Source: Naegleria gruberi
Lineage: Eukaryota
Reading direction: 5' to 3' (one strand)
Assembly: GCA_000004985.1 (NCBI GenBank)
Contig: GG738846.1
DNA: 64,000 nt
Position 1 is the stretch's first letter; each line of letters starts with the position of its first letter. The notes under the pieces were generated by a model, which saw only the letters and a list, made by a program, of their open reading frames with translations, was not told the origin of the DNA and did not search any database. Of the stretch, positions 46,041-56,433 are shown piece after piece. The position numbers were made by a program, and so were the translations under genes.

Positions 46041-47678
46041 ATGAAAAATCCAATTAAGATTACAATTGAAAGTTTAACACTTTCATTTGGAAAGAAGAGT
46101 CTATTCGACGAATTGGATTTCTCACTCTCAAGAGGTGATAAAGTGACCCTAGTGGGTGAGAACGGATGTGGCAAAACCACATTTCTTCGTCTATTGAATA
46201 GTACGCAACAACAAAATTCGAATTCTGAATTATTCGAATATACAGGATTGATTGAAATAGAGGGAAAGATTGGTTTCTTACCTCAACATTTTGAAGATAT
46301 CACCAATCCTAATGAACCAACAATTATCACTATGCTCAAATTCTTCCCTGACTCTGATATTCAACAATTTCTAGATCAACCTTTACAACCACTTTCTGAG
46401 GAATGGTACAATGAATTGAATTCTCTTATTGGAGATGAAATTTATCAACAGACAAAACTTCTAGGATTGAATAACGATTTATTGGAGCAAGAATTTGAAA
46501 GTTTGAGCGGTGGAGAGAAAACCAAGTCAATTCTGTGTGCATTAAGTATTGTGAAACCTGACATTTTATTATTGGATGAACCAACGAATCATCTTGATGT
46601 TCAGGGAATTGAATGGCTGGAGAATTTCTTAATGGAATATGATGGAGCAGTCGTGATGGTTACTCACGACAGAACTTTGATTAATTCAGTTTCTAATAGA
46701 ATTTCAGAACTTTCACCTCATACGAAAAAGTTTGTCCACTTTAGAGGTGGCTATGAAAACTATCTTGCTCAGGAGGAAAAGAAACGTCAGAGAGCCATTC
46801 AAGAACGTGAATTCCAAGAAAAGGAATTGAAAAATCTGAAACAAAAGTCAATTCAAATGGCCTCTTCAATGAAAGCCAGAAAATTGAGAGATCCCAAAAA
46901 TAGGGATAAAATCAGTTACAATAATCAGGAAGAAAGAGTTCACAAAGGTACTTCCAAGGCGTTTAATCAAATTACGAGAAAGCAAGAGTACTTGCTCGAG
47001 AACAGAATAGATTTAATTCAAGAACGAAACAAAATTTCATTCGAATTTGATGAAAATTCTGTTTCATCCTCGTTGTGCATTGAAGTTTCTGATTTGACTA
47101 AATCCTTTGCTCACAAACCACTTTTCCAAAATGTTTCGTTTACTCTAGTGAGTGGTGATCGATTGATTATTCAAGGTCCAAATGGTTCTGGCAAGACAAC
47201 CTTAATGAATATTCTGATGGGATTGACAGAATCTGACAGTGGCACTGTTACTATCAGTAAGCATGCCAAGATTGGATATTTGGATCAGGAACAAGAAAAT
47301 CTGATACTTGACAAGTCAGCAATTGAATTATTGATGGAAGATTCTAGCATTCAAGCAACAAAACAAAAGATTATCAGTGAATTGTGTAATCTTGGAGTTT
47401 ATACTTGGCATGACTTGAATTCACCATTGAAATCATTGAGTATTGGATGTAGAAGAAAGGTACAATTGTGTAAAATAATCATGCAAAAATGCTCAATTTT
47501 GGTATTGGATGAATTGACTAATCATATTGATTTTCCTAGCTTGGAAGTGATTGAGGAAGCATTGATGAATTTCCCTGGAATTATCATTGCAACTTCACAC
47601 GATAGATATTTCACAGACAAAATTGCAACCGATATTATCAATCTTGAAGATTACTCAGAGTTCAACAATGATAAATAG
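46041..47678 (+). CDS. ABC-F family ATPase (two tandem ABC nucleotide-binding domains, no TMs)
   Basis: The ATG at 46041 (MKNPIKITIESLTLSFGKK...) lies downstream of the track's non-ATG start. NBD1 has a Walker A (GENGCGKTT) and ABC signature (LSGGEKTK). NBD2 has a Walker A (GPNGSGKTT). Walker B motifs are LLLDEPTNHLD and LVLDELTNHID. Confidence 0.75.
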   Translation: MKNPIKITIESLTLSFGKKSLFDELDFSLSRGDKVTLVGENGCGKTTFLRLLNSTQQQNSNSELFEYTGLIEIEGKIGFLPQHFEDITNPNEPTIITMLKFFPDSDIQQFLDQPLQPLSEEWYNELNSLIGDEIYQQTKLLGLNNDLLEQEFESLSGGEKTKSILCALSIVKPDILLLDEPTNHLDVQGIEWLENFLMEYDGAVVMVTHDRTLINSVSNRISELSPHTKKFVHFRGGYENYLAQEEKKRQRAIQEREFQEKELKNLKQKSIQMASSMKARKLRDPKNRDKISYNNQEERVHKGTSKAFNQITRKQEYLLENRIDLIQERNKISFEFDENSVSSSLCIEVSDLTKSFAHKPLFQNVSFTLVSGDRLIIQGPNGSGKTTLMNILMGLTESDSGTVTISKHAKIGYLDQEQENLILDKSAIELLMEDSSIQATKQKIISELCNLGVYTWHDLNSPLKSLSIGCRRKVQLCKIIMQKCSILVLDELTNHIDFPSLEVIEEALMNFPGIIIATSHDRYFTDKIATDIINLEDYSEFNNDK

Positions 47679-47755
47679 ATTTTCATTGAATAAATTTAAG
47701 ACTTTTCTGAGTTCGGTTTATGATTTTCTTAATTAAACTAAAGAAATTTCAAAAT

Positions 47756-50290
47756 TTATTGAACTAATTTAGAGTGATACTTGTTCATGTACATGGATAA
47801 AGCCCAGATTGGGAAGATATTTCTATAGTTTGTATAGGTAATCATACAATTGTGATTGAAAACACCAGAAATGGATTCTTGTGGGAAGTCACCATTTGGT
47901 AATTGTTTTCTCATCAAACAATAGATACCCTTTTCAATAACCTTAAGATTTGGATAATTTGAAGTCATCAAGGCGAGTAAAGACCAAGCAGTACTGATAA
48001 CACGTGAAGTTTCAGCATGTGAATAACGGTGAGTCACACATGAAAGATAACTTTCTCCCCAACCACCATCTTCCATTTGTTTGGCAACAATGAAATCACA
48101 TCCACGCTTCAAAGCTTGTGAATTACCATAGTTGAGTGTTGGATCAGCACTGACAATGGCAGTAGTGGCAAACCATGTACCATAACAGAAACAGACAGCC
48201 CAACCACCATACCAACCACCTTCTTCCATTTGTTTTCCTTCAATTACTTTGATAGCATGTTTGATACTATCATCAATCATTGGAACGTATGGAGATTGTG
48301 GGAAGTGTTTCTTGAATTGCAACAAGGCAGTAATACAGGCACTTGTACATTCAGTGTGTGGATAGTCAATCATAATTTCACCATACAAAGCAGCAGGATT
48401 GATAATTTCAATCCATGAGTGTGTACGAGACAATTCATAAGTTGCCCAACCACCATTTGTACCACCATTGAACATGGACAAAATGACACGGACAGCATCT
48501 GTTAATCTTTCTTCACTGAGAATTAATTCATCACTAGTTAATGGATTCATTTCATTCTTTCCATAGTATTCTTGTAATTGTGTCTTGAGTTTTTCAATGT
48601 TTTGTAAATTGGATTCAGAGCTATTGGTTTGAGTTCCCTTAATATTGAACAAATCGTACAAGGTCAAAACAGCCTTCAAACCTTCAGCAGTACAGTCAGA
48701 AATTGGCCAACCGTGATCACGTGTAGAGAATGGCCAACCACCCTTAGATTGATGTCTATAATATTCCATTCTATTTGGAACGTCTTCCTTGACTTGAGTG
48801 AAATTGATAAAGTTGTAAGCATTCAAAAGCGAATTCAAATGCTCATTCTTAAATGATCCTTGACATGAAATTTGATTATCTTGGTTCTTGAATCTCTTGT
48901 AATATTCACAAATAGCTTGAGAAGCAAAAGCAGTATCCCACAATTGAGAACCATTATAACCTTGGAATTTCATACCATCATCAGATAACCACAAATAGTC
49001 ATAAACTCTATCTAAATGTTTGTTGAAAAGTTCACTATCTGATCCGTCACTGAAAAATACTGATAACATGTTCAATACCTTATTGACAGGACCAATACAG
49101 ATATGATTGGTGACACTATCTTCATATTTGATATGTTCAATACACTTCTTCAATGAAGCATTTCTCAAGAATGAGAAATTAATATACTTTTCATAAACAG
49201 TCAAAACACTAGCAAATTTAGAATAGAGTTGAGTGAATGGATGGTAATTGTCACGTGGATTAACATATGATCTATACTTTGACCAAGGTTGATTTTGATA
49301 ACTTGTCTTGGAGACTTGATCGTATAATTCATTTCTCAATTGTGAAATAATTGGATCAGTTTCAGCATTGGCATAAACCTTCTTGATACCATACAAGTAT
49401 GCCATTGGTAAATAAACAACACGACAATGGCACCACCATTTACCTGGTTGAATATATGGGAACCAATCAGGTAATAACCATAATTCACATGGAATTGGAT
49501 CAATACAATCCCAATCCATCAAACCCAAACAACATAAATATAATTTAGCCCATTGTGGTGCTCCCAAAGCACCGTTAGCAGGTTCCTTACTAAGGAATTC
49601 CAATGTTAATTTCATGCATGAATGATCTGGACTAACACCCAACAATCTCAATGCAACATAATTCAAAACTGTACCAAAAATGGTTGAGTGACCTTCAATA
49701 TGAAGTCCATAACCTCCATCTTGATTTTGTTTAGACAAGATGTATCTAACAATTTCATATTCAAATGGTTTAGGTAATCTCTTTTGACAAATATATAACA
49801 CAATCACAATACCAGGTAATAAAAACATTGGACCACCATAATCTCCGGCCCAATGTCCATCTTGTGTTTGAACACTAGAATAGAAATCAATAGCTTTCAA
49901 TATACTAGCATCAACTTGATGTTCATCTAAATTAATTATATAATTATTACTCTTATTAAAGATGTATTTTAATTTGTCATCATTATCGGCATTAGTAGTT
50001 GCTTGGTCATCATCATTGGTGGAACTAATATTACTTGATGTTGTACCCACAACAAGAGGATGATTATTAATATAAGTGATTGGATCTTCAAAATTTGAAG
50101 GCTTGTTTAACAAGTGTTTATCAACATTTGATTGTTCTTCTCCCGATTGTTTTAATAAAGATTGTGGGAATGGAATCCAACGTTGACGACCTTCTTTGAC
50201 GACTAATCTCCATTCTATTGGACCGGATTGGGAATAGTCATAGGAATCGAATTTAAATTCCTCCAATAATTTGTTAAGATTGATTGACAT
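47756..50290 (-). CDS. Oxidosqualene cyclase, most consistent with cycloartenol synthase
   Basis: 844-aa ORF. Repeated QW motifs (QNQDGGYG, QMEDGGWGE, QLPNGDFPQ) and the catalytic ...DHGWPISDCTAEGLKAV... (DCTAE) mark an oxidosqualene cyclase. Relative to the catalytic Asp it has His at -6 and Ile at -2. These correspond to A. thaliana CAS1 His477/Ile481; lanosterol synthases carry Cys/Gln and Val there. Confidence 0.8.
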   Translation of the reverse strand: MSINLNKLLEEFKFDSYDYSQSGPIEWRLVVKEGRQRWIPFPQSLLKQSGEEQSNVDKHLLNKPSNFEDPITYINNHPLVVGTTSSNISSTNDDDQATTNADNDDKLKYIFNKSNNYIINLDEHQVDASILKAIDFYSSVQTQDGHWAGDYGGPMFLLPGIVIVLYICQKRLPKPFEYEIVRYILSKQNQDGGYGLHIEGHSTIFGTVLNYVALRLLGVSPDHSCMKLTLEFLSKEPANGALGAPQWAKLYLCCLGLMDWDCIDPIPCELWLLPDWFPYIQPGKWWCHCRVVYLPMAYLYGIKKVYANAETDPIISQLRNELYDQVSKTSYQNQPWSKYRSYVNPRDNYHPFTQLYSKFASVLTVYEKYINFSFLRNASLKKCIEHIKYEDSVTNHICIGPVNKVLNMLSVFFSDGSDSELFNKHLDRVYDYLWLSDDGMKFQGYNGSQLWDTAFASQAICEYYKRFKNQDNQISCQGSFKNEHLNSLLNAYNFINFTQVKEDVPNRMEYYRHQSKGGWPFSTRDHGWPISDCTAEGLKAVLTLYDLFNIKGTQTNSSESNLQNIEKLKTQLQEYYGKNEMNPLTSDELILSEERLTDAVRVILSMFNGGTNGGWATYELSRTHSWIEIINPAALYGEIMIDYPHTECTSACITALLQFKKHFPQSPYVPMIDDSIKHAIKVIEGKQMEEGGWYGGWAVCFCYGTWFATTAIVSADPTLNYGNSQALKRGCDFIVAKQMEDGGWGESYLSCVTHRYSHAETSRVISTAWSLLALMTSNYPNLKVIEKGIYCLMRKQLPNGDFPQESISGVFNHNCMITYTNYRNIFPIWALSMYMNKYHSKLVQ

Positions 50291-50733
50291 TTTTTTTCTC
50301 TGTGTTTTTTGAAAATGTTAGACCGGTCAGCGAATTTAACACAAATGGCGAATGTGAGGAAGATAGTGGTTCGCTAGATGTTGTCCGCGCTGTAGTTTTG
50401 TAAAGATATTAAAAATTATTTTCAAACATAATTAATTGAAGGGATTTATGATTTTTGTGTTAATATTTTGTTGCTTCGGAAATGTAATCAAAGATGTCCT
50501 CCTCAAGTTTATTAAAAATCGCCATATGGCAAATGAGGTGGCATTTTTAACCATCACAATAATCCCATCATTTGCTCGTAGTGGATTTCAGTACTATCGA
50601 TTAAAAAGTAGTATTAACAATAAAATTAAAGAGCTAGAGCCGTATGTTCAGTATAACACCCTTATTAATTACTGTTTATTTTAGGGGGCCCGTTTTTAGA
50701 ATTATACAATTAGTACTATAGTAGTTGATGAAA

Positions 50734-51303
50734 TTAGAGTTCGTGCTTCTTGGCCTTGTTCAATTCATTCCAGAAAAGCATCTTAAAGTCAGAAGCTTGT
50801 GGACCATAAGGGTAACAGAATCTGAAGAGTGGGTTAATAGTAGCTTGAGAATCAGAACCATTCTTAATGCTGAGGAATGGATGTGGGTTGGATCTACCGA
50901 GAGTAGTTTGTGAATCGAAGAAAGTGTACCAGAACAAACTGAAGAAACAAGCAAAGAAGCCCATAGCGACTGGGACGGAGATAATGATACCACCCAAGAA
51001 GTTAGAGTACCACAATGGTTCACCTTCTCTGAATTCGAATGGCTTCATGTCTAATTTGTGTCCAGTTGTAGCATAGATACCAGAGACTTGATCAAAGAAA
51101 CCTGGAGTCTTGTGTTGCTTGTGGAGATTTCTGGTGGTTGGGGCAATCATGATCTTAGCATTTGGGTGTTTCTTGATCAAAGTAGCGAGTTGTCTCATGG
51201 CTGAAACGGTAAAAAATTAATGCAAATTGAACAAATATTTACAACTAAGCGAAAACATTGTTCAAGTGAGATGCTTACCTGGAACGATAGTCTTGTTGTT
51301 CAT
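50734..51303 (-). CDS. Small (163-aa) single-TM protein with strongly GC3-biased codon usage, which implies high expression; possibly a mitochondrial membrane-complex accessory subunit. Two exons.
   Basis: Exon 1 is 51303-51279 (ATGAACAACAAGACTATCGTTCCAG), intron 51201-51278 (GTAAGC...TTTCAG), exon 2 51200-50734. Protein: MNNKTIVPAMRQLATLIKKHPNAKIMIAPTTRNLHKQHKTPGFFDQ...WYSNFLGGIIISVPVAMGFFACFFSLFWYTFFD...KHEL. Codons are overwhelmingly C/G-ending (ATC, TTC, AAG, CTC, GGT, ACC), unlike the AT3-rich neighbours. Confidence 0.65.
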
Positions 51304-52017
51304 TTTTTTTGTTATGTTATGCTGGAAATGTAGGCAACAACTTTTGTCCAAATTTATACCTACAATCCAGTTAACCTCGATTACAAAAATACGCCTACAA
51401 ACCTGCTATTTCACCTGTTTTGTAGCCGATGTTAAGTGTCACATTATTTCTAGTAATTTTAAAACCATCAAAACGAAGTTTTAAAAAAAACTAATTTTGT
51501 CGTTACAGTATCGATAATGAATTTGACCAGAAAAGTTTCCATCGAAAAGATGACTCAATTTTACATAATACAACAAGGATGATAGCTAATGATACGATCA
51601 AACAGTTTCTTTTTAATCAATAGAGATACAATTGTAGAATTTGTAAGAATTACCAATTAGAATCTCTCTTCAATACTTTTCAATTACAGTTAGTGTTGAA
51701 ATTTGTCTTTGAATGGCTCAGATCCATCGATACTAATTATTTAAGGAGTTTTCAATGATATTTTGCCGCTCCTATTGAAGAAAACCCTCAATTTTGGATA
51801 GTATATTAGAAGTTCTGTTCCAACATTGTGAAATTAGTTTGCAGTTATCACTCTATATAATTGTTGTAACTTTACAAAAAACTATTATTGGAGAGATGGT
51901 GAACTTTGTGTGCAGAGAATGAAATAAATAATTTCCCACCCCTTTCATTTTTATTAAAACAACAAAAAAAACAAATCAAACAATTATTAATATAATAATC
52001 TAAAACAATCGATTAGA

Positions 52018-53079
52018 ATGTCCACAACTACTAATAATAACAATACTACTCTTACTGGAAAATTGATAATGAGAAAAAACAAGGAAAAGATTGAAAAGGT
52101 TTTCCAATTAATTAATTTCGGAGACTTGAATGAATCTGTTAGAGAATTTGTTCAAGATTTGCCATCTGCTACTAGTTCTGATGAAGTGCTATTGTCCACT
52201 TTCAAGATCAAGGCTATTGTTCCATCTTCTGAGAAGAGAAAAACAGTTTATGTAATTAATGATGAAAATGATTTTTCTGAAATGATGAAATTAATTCAAG
52301 AAATTCCACAAGATAAACCAATTCTTTTCAGAGTAATGAAGAAGAAATTGAATCATGAAAAGAAGGAAAGAAAGGAAAAGAAAGAAAGAAAGGTCAAGCT
52401 TCAATTGACTGAAGAACAATCCCAAAGTCTTTCCGAAAAGAAGCAACAAGTTGAATTATTGAAAGATGAAATTAAGATGAAGAAGGAACAAATCATGACT
52501 ATCAAATTTGAAATGAAATCTTTAAGAAAGTCATTCCATCCTGCCAATGTTAGCATTGACCCAAATGTTCCATCTACTATTAAGTCGTCTCCAAACAAGG
52601 AAGAAAGACTTAAACTCAAACTTGAAAAGAAGGAAGAAAAGAAAGCATTTAAATTGGAAAAGAAGTTACTCAAAGCTCAATACAAGCTTGAAAAGATTGC
52701 ATTGAAGAAGCAAAGAAAGCAACAAGAAAATGCTTCTACTCAACCAGAATCTGTTTCAACTGTCACAACTGGTAGTGAACCAACTGCTCCAATTAACGTA
52801 CCTGTTGTTGAACCAGTAATTGATACTGTACCACCAGTTCAACAAGTAAGAACTGAACCAATTTCCAACAATGCTGAGATTGTCACACCAACTGTTGATG
52901 AAAAGCTCTTGTTGAAGCTCCAAAAGAAGGAACAAAAGCATGCTTGGAAAATGGAAAAGAAACTTGAAAAGCAAATGATCAAAGCTCAAAGAAAATTGGA
53001 AAAACAAGCTCAAAAGCAAGAGAGAAAGGAAAGAAAATTGTTGGAAAAGCAACAAGTTGCCACTCCTTCTCAAAATTAA
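52018..53079 (+). CDS. Lys/Glu-rich coiled-coil protein with an internal repeat
   Basis: 353-aa ORF with an ATG at 52018. It has KLEKKEEKKAFKLEKKLLKAQYKLEK and KLQKKEQKHAWKMEKKLEKQMIKAQRKLEK repeats, and a globular N-terminal region. Confidence 0.5.
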   Translation: MSTTTNNNNTTLTGKLIMRKNKEKIEKVFQLINFGDLNESVREFVQDLPSATSSDEVLLSTFKIKAIVPSSEKRKTVYVINDENDFSEMMKLIQEIPQDKPILFRVMKKKLNHEKKERKEKKERKVKLQLTEEQSQSLSEKKQQVELLKDEIKMKKEQIMTIKFEMKSLRKSFHPANVSIDPNVPSTIKSSPNKEERLKLKLEKKEEKKAFKLEKKLLKAQYKLEKIALKKQRKQQENASTQPESVSTVTTGSEPTAPINVPVVEPVIDTVPPVQQVRTEPISNNAEIVTPTVDEKLLLKLQKKEQKHAWKMEKKLEKQMIKAQRKLEKQAQKQERKERKLLEKQQVATPSQN

Positions 53080-53689
53080 TATTAGTTTAGAATAATTTTA
53101 GCAACTATCATCAGAGAACTATTCATCAATCCCAATTTCTCCCTCCACATTTGTTGTGTAGTGTCTGAGAGAATGAATTGAAATAGATTTTACTGAGATA
53201 GTTTAATTGCACCAGTCAATCATGATATAGCTGGATTTAAGGATCATGAAACCAATCTAAACAAAACCACTTGTAAATAACAAATAAATAACTCTTTAGA
53301 AAACCTTTGAGAACCTTCTCCACTGATTTCCATCAAAATTTAATTGACAGAGTATCGAGCTCAGCTGGTCATCAACTTATTTCCTATCATGAATTCATCA
53401 GCCACACCAATACAGCTCACCTTCCAAGAAATGATCTAGCTCTCCTCATCCACACTCTTAAGAGCAAGCAAATAAATTTGCAACGCACGTTTAAATGTTC
53501 TTCTAATCTTCACAAGTTAAAAATAAAATAGTAATCGAAATCGAAACAAATCGTGATGGGAAGTCACGAATTTGCACAAATCTATTTTCACATGTGAAAA
53601 CATTTTCAAGCTATTTAAACTCTCAGTATTCTCAACTCTCTATCTTCCAACACAAAAAAAACAATACAACCCTAACACACTCTAACAAA

Positions 53690-54658
53690 ATGCAAACAAC
53701 TCAACTCACTTTCGATCAAAGTAAATCCTCAATTCTCGTCTCTTTAGATAAGAAGAAATCTGATCAACATTGTAAACTTCTTTTGGAACAACTTGTTGGA
53801 AAGTTTCAATTCAGAAATAACAAATATACCTTCAGTGGATCATATGATCTTGCACAGTGGTTGGTTCTCTCTTTTGATTCAATGGTTAAGGAAGATGAAA
53901 AGTTTTTCACAGAGATTGTCATTCCAATAGTTGCATACATTTCAATTGTGGATGATGCTTGTGATGAGAAGATTACTGACATGTCTATTGCAGAGATGAA
54001 AGAACATTGTAAGATATTTAGAGGAGAAACAGTTCATGCTTCTCACTCTGCTCTCAAGATGGGACAATTTGTGTACAATCTAATCAGGGAAGAAAGATTC
54101 GAATGTATTAGAAGAAAGGTTTTGGAATTCCTGGTGACTGGAACTAATCTAATTGAAAAGGCAAAAAATAATAATGGACCAATCACTGAAGAAATATTGG
54201 CTAACTTTTTAGAGGAAAGAAGAATTGACTCCATGGCCTCTCTTTTCTTTACTATCAACAATATCTTTAACAAGATTCCATTAGAAATTGAAAGATGCGA
54301 TAATGTGCTCATTCAATATAATCACATGGCATGTGATACGATAAGTTTATTGAATGATGTTGCCTCCATTGCAAAAGATACCCAAAAGAAACTTGTCAAC
54401 AATTATGTAATATTGAATAAGGGAATGAAAGAGAACTTATCGTACAGTGAATTGAAACAACTCCCAATTGAAGCATTTGAATCTTCCGTGAATGAAGTTT
54501 TAGAATTAATCAATGCTAATTTGTTTCAAATGCAAACTATCAAATCCTCCAATCCATCCTTCTCCACACAATTCGGTTCAATCGATGAGGTCATGAAGGG
54601 ATACTGTAATTACAATCTGCAATTACAATATCAATTTTTTCTTTTGATAATATCTTAA
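53690..54658 (+). CDS. Candidate microbial-type class I terpene synthase (TPS-like), about 322 aa
   Basis: The track ORF starts at GTG 53594; the first ATG is 53690 (MQTTQLTFDQ...). An Asp-rich metal-binding motif IVDDACDE (DDxxD/E) sits near residue 88. An NSE/DTE-like triad LLNDVASIAKD ((N/D)DxxSxxx(E/D)) sits near residue 222. An Arg pair (ERRID) lies 46 residues upstream of it, the usual position of the pyrophosphate-sensor Arg. The length is typical of bacterial, fungal and social-amoeba TPS. No clear RY dimer is seen. Confidence 0.45.
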   Translation: MQTTQLTFDQSKSSILVSLDKKKSDQHCKLLLEQLVGKFQFRNNKYTFSGSYDLAQWLVLSFDSMVKEDEKFFTEIVIPIVAYISIVDDACDEKITDMSIAEMKEHCKIFRGETVHASHSALKMGQFVYNLIREERFECIRRKVLEFLVTGTNLIEKAKNNNGPITEEILANFLEERRIDSMASLFFTINNIFNKIPLEIERCDNVLIQYNHMACDTISLLNDVASIAKDTQKKLVNNYVILNKGMKENLSYSELKQLPIEAFESSVNEVLELINANLFQMQTIKSSNPSFSTQFGSIDEVMKGYCNYNLQLQYQFFLLIIS

Positions 54659-54802
54659 TGATTGACTTAATATCTCTTTCAAGAACAAAATATATCAAAA
54701 AAACTATTTCTACATGTCAATTTCTTTGAAGCGTTTTGCAAATTAAAGAAAAAATTAGATAGAAAAAGCTTGAATCTTTTTTGAGAAATTCAATCAAAAA
54801 AA

Positions 54803-56350
54803 ATGAAAAAAAGTCTTGCTCTCATTCGTCGTGCCGCTCTCTCCTCTCAAAAACAACAAGTTTCTGCCTTTAGAGGTGTCGGTGCCACACACATTCCTTG
54901 TTTGACCCAACAAGTGAGAGTAATGAATAATATTTATCAACAATCACGTTTCTTTTCTCAACATCAAATATTCTCCGAAGCAGAGCAGAAACAAGAAACT
55001 CCATCAGCAACAACACCAGCTGCTGAGGGACATCACTTATTAATTGATTTGGATGCTATTCGTTCAACACCAACTGAAGAGAGTTATCTTGAACATGTTA
55101 GCAAGATTATTCAGGATGGAAATAGTTTAATTCAAAAATTGGAAGGTTCTGCTAGTAAATTTAATATGAAAGGAGATGTAGGTGTTGTTGAAATTGAATT
55201 ATTCTCTTATAATATATTATTCTATTTTGTGTAATTCTAGGAAACACCATTGACCAAGATTGCCGGTCATTCAATTCCAAAGGAAATCTGGGATATTGTT
55301 AATGCTCTCCTTCAAAGAACATTTTTATATGTTCACATCTTTTCAAATGTTGAGAATGCAAAGAGTGACTTGGAAAAGTTAAAAACCATGTATGAAAGAT
55401 TAAATTTGATTGTCATTGTCAATAGTCAACATGATGCCAAGAAGGAAAATGATGAAACTGAAACTGAATATGAAATGGTTCAACGTTTACAACACACTAT
55501 CAAGTTGATTGAAAAGGAAAATGAAGTTTATGAAATTACAAATACTCTCATGGATTTACAAAGACGTAGTATGGAAATTGTTCAACCTACTGAATTTGAA
55601 CCATCAAGCAATCCTTTGGAAAATCAAATTTTGGAAGAAGCTTACAAAAAGCAAGACGCATCTTTGGAAAATCCAGGAATTGAAGAAATTAGAATCAAGG
55701 TTTTGGAATTATTGGAACGTCGTTATCATATTTATACCGAGTTTGGAAATGCTAAGGAGGCCCACACTGATTTGTGTAATGCTATTGAACTTTTGGAAGA
55801 AGACATTTTAAAGTTGGAACAAATTGAAGGAGTTGATCCTGAAAGATTGGAAAAGAGAAAATTATGGGTTGCTCGTCTCCTTGTTGATCGTGCTGAATTG
55901 TACTTTACCTTCTTGCACTCACTCTACCAAGGACCTCAAATTGAGGAATCTCTCGACAAGTCATTGACTCAAAAACAAAGAGCTGAAATTGTTCTCGAAG
56001 ATATTCACAGTAAGATTACTCAATTGGCCGATATGCTTGGTATTGAAGATGAAGATTTGAAGAATCCATCTCAATCAGCCTCCAAGAATGTTTCCATTGT
56101 AAAGGCAACCAAATATCAAGTTGAAGCTGACAATAGAATGAAGAGTGATCTCCAAGGTGCCATCAAACATGATCCAAAGATTTCTGAACATCACACCTCC
56201 TTCGCTACCATCCAAGATTTCATGAAAGAAATTGGAGATAAGAGAAAGAGAGCTGGTTTCATTTTGAGATTTATCATCATCTTCTTTATCATTTTTACTG
56301 TGGGTAATATTGTTTACATGAAGAGTAAGTCTGATTCTGAAAAGAAATAA
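54803..56350 (+). CDS. Protein with a mitochondrial presequence, a helical repeat region and a C-terminal tail anchor; two exons
   Basis: Exon 1 is 54803-55177, intron 55178-55240 (GTAGGT...TCTAG, phase 0), exon 2 55241-56350. The N-terminus MKKSLALIRRAALSSQKQQVSAFRGVGATH is presequence-like. The C-terminus is ...RKRAGFILRFIIIFFIIFTVGNIVYMKSKSDSEKK (TM plus basic tail). Confidence 0.55.
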
Positions 56351-56433
56351 ATTTAAGCTTTTTCTCTAAATTTTAAAAGATAAAATCAATTTTAAATTTT
56401 CATAAATCGAAAAAAGTTTAAAATTCAAAAAAA

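Noticed and set aside
53307-53531. 74-aa ORF upstream of the TPS-like gene
   Set aside because: It is short with no motif and lies in the likely promoter or 5' UTR of the TPS-like gene.
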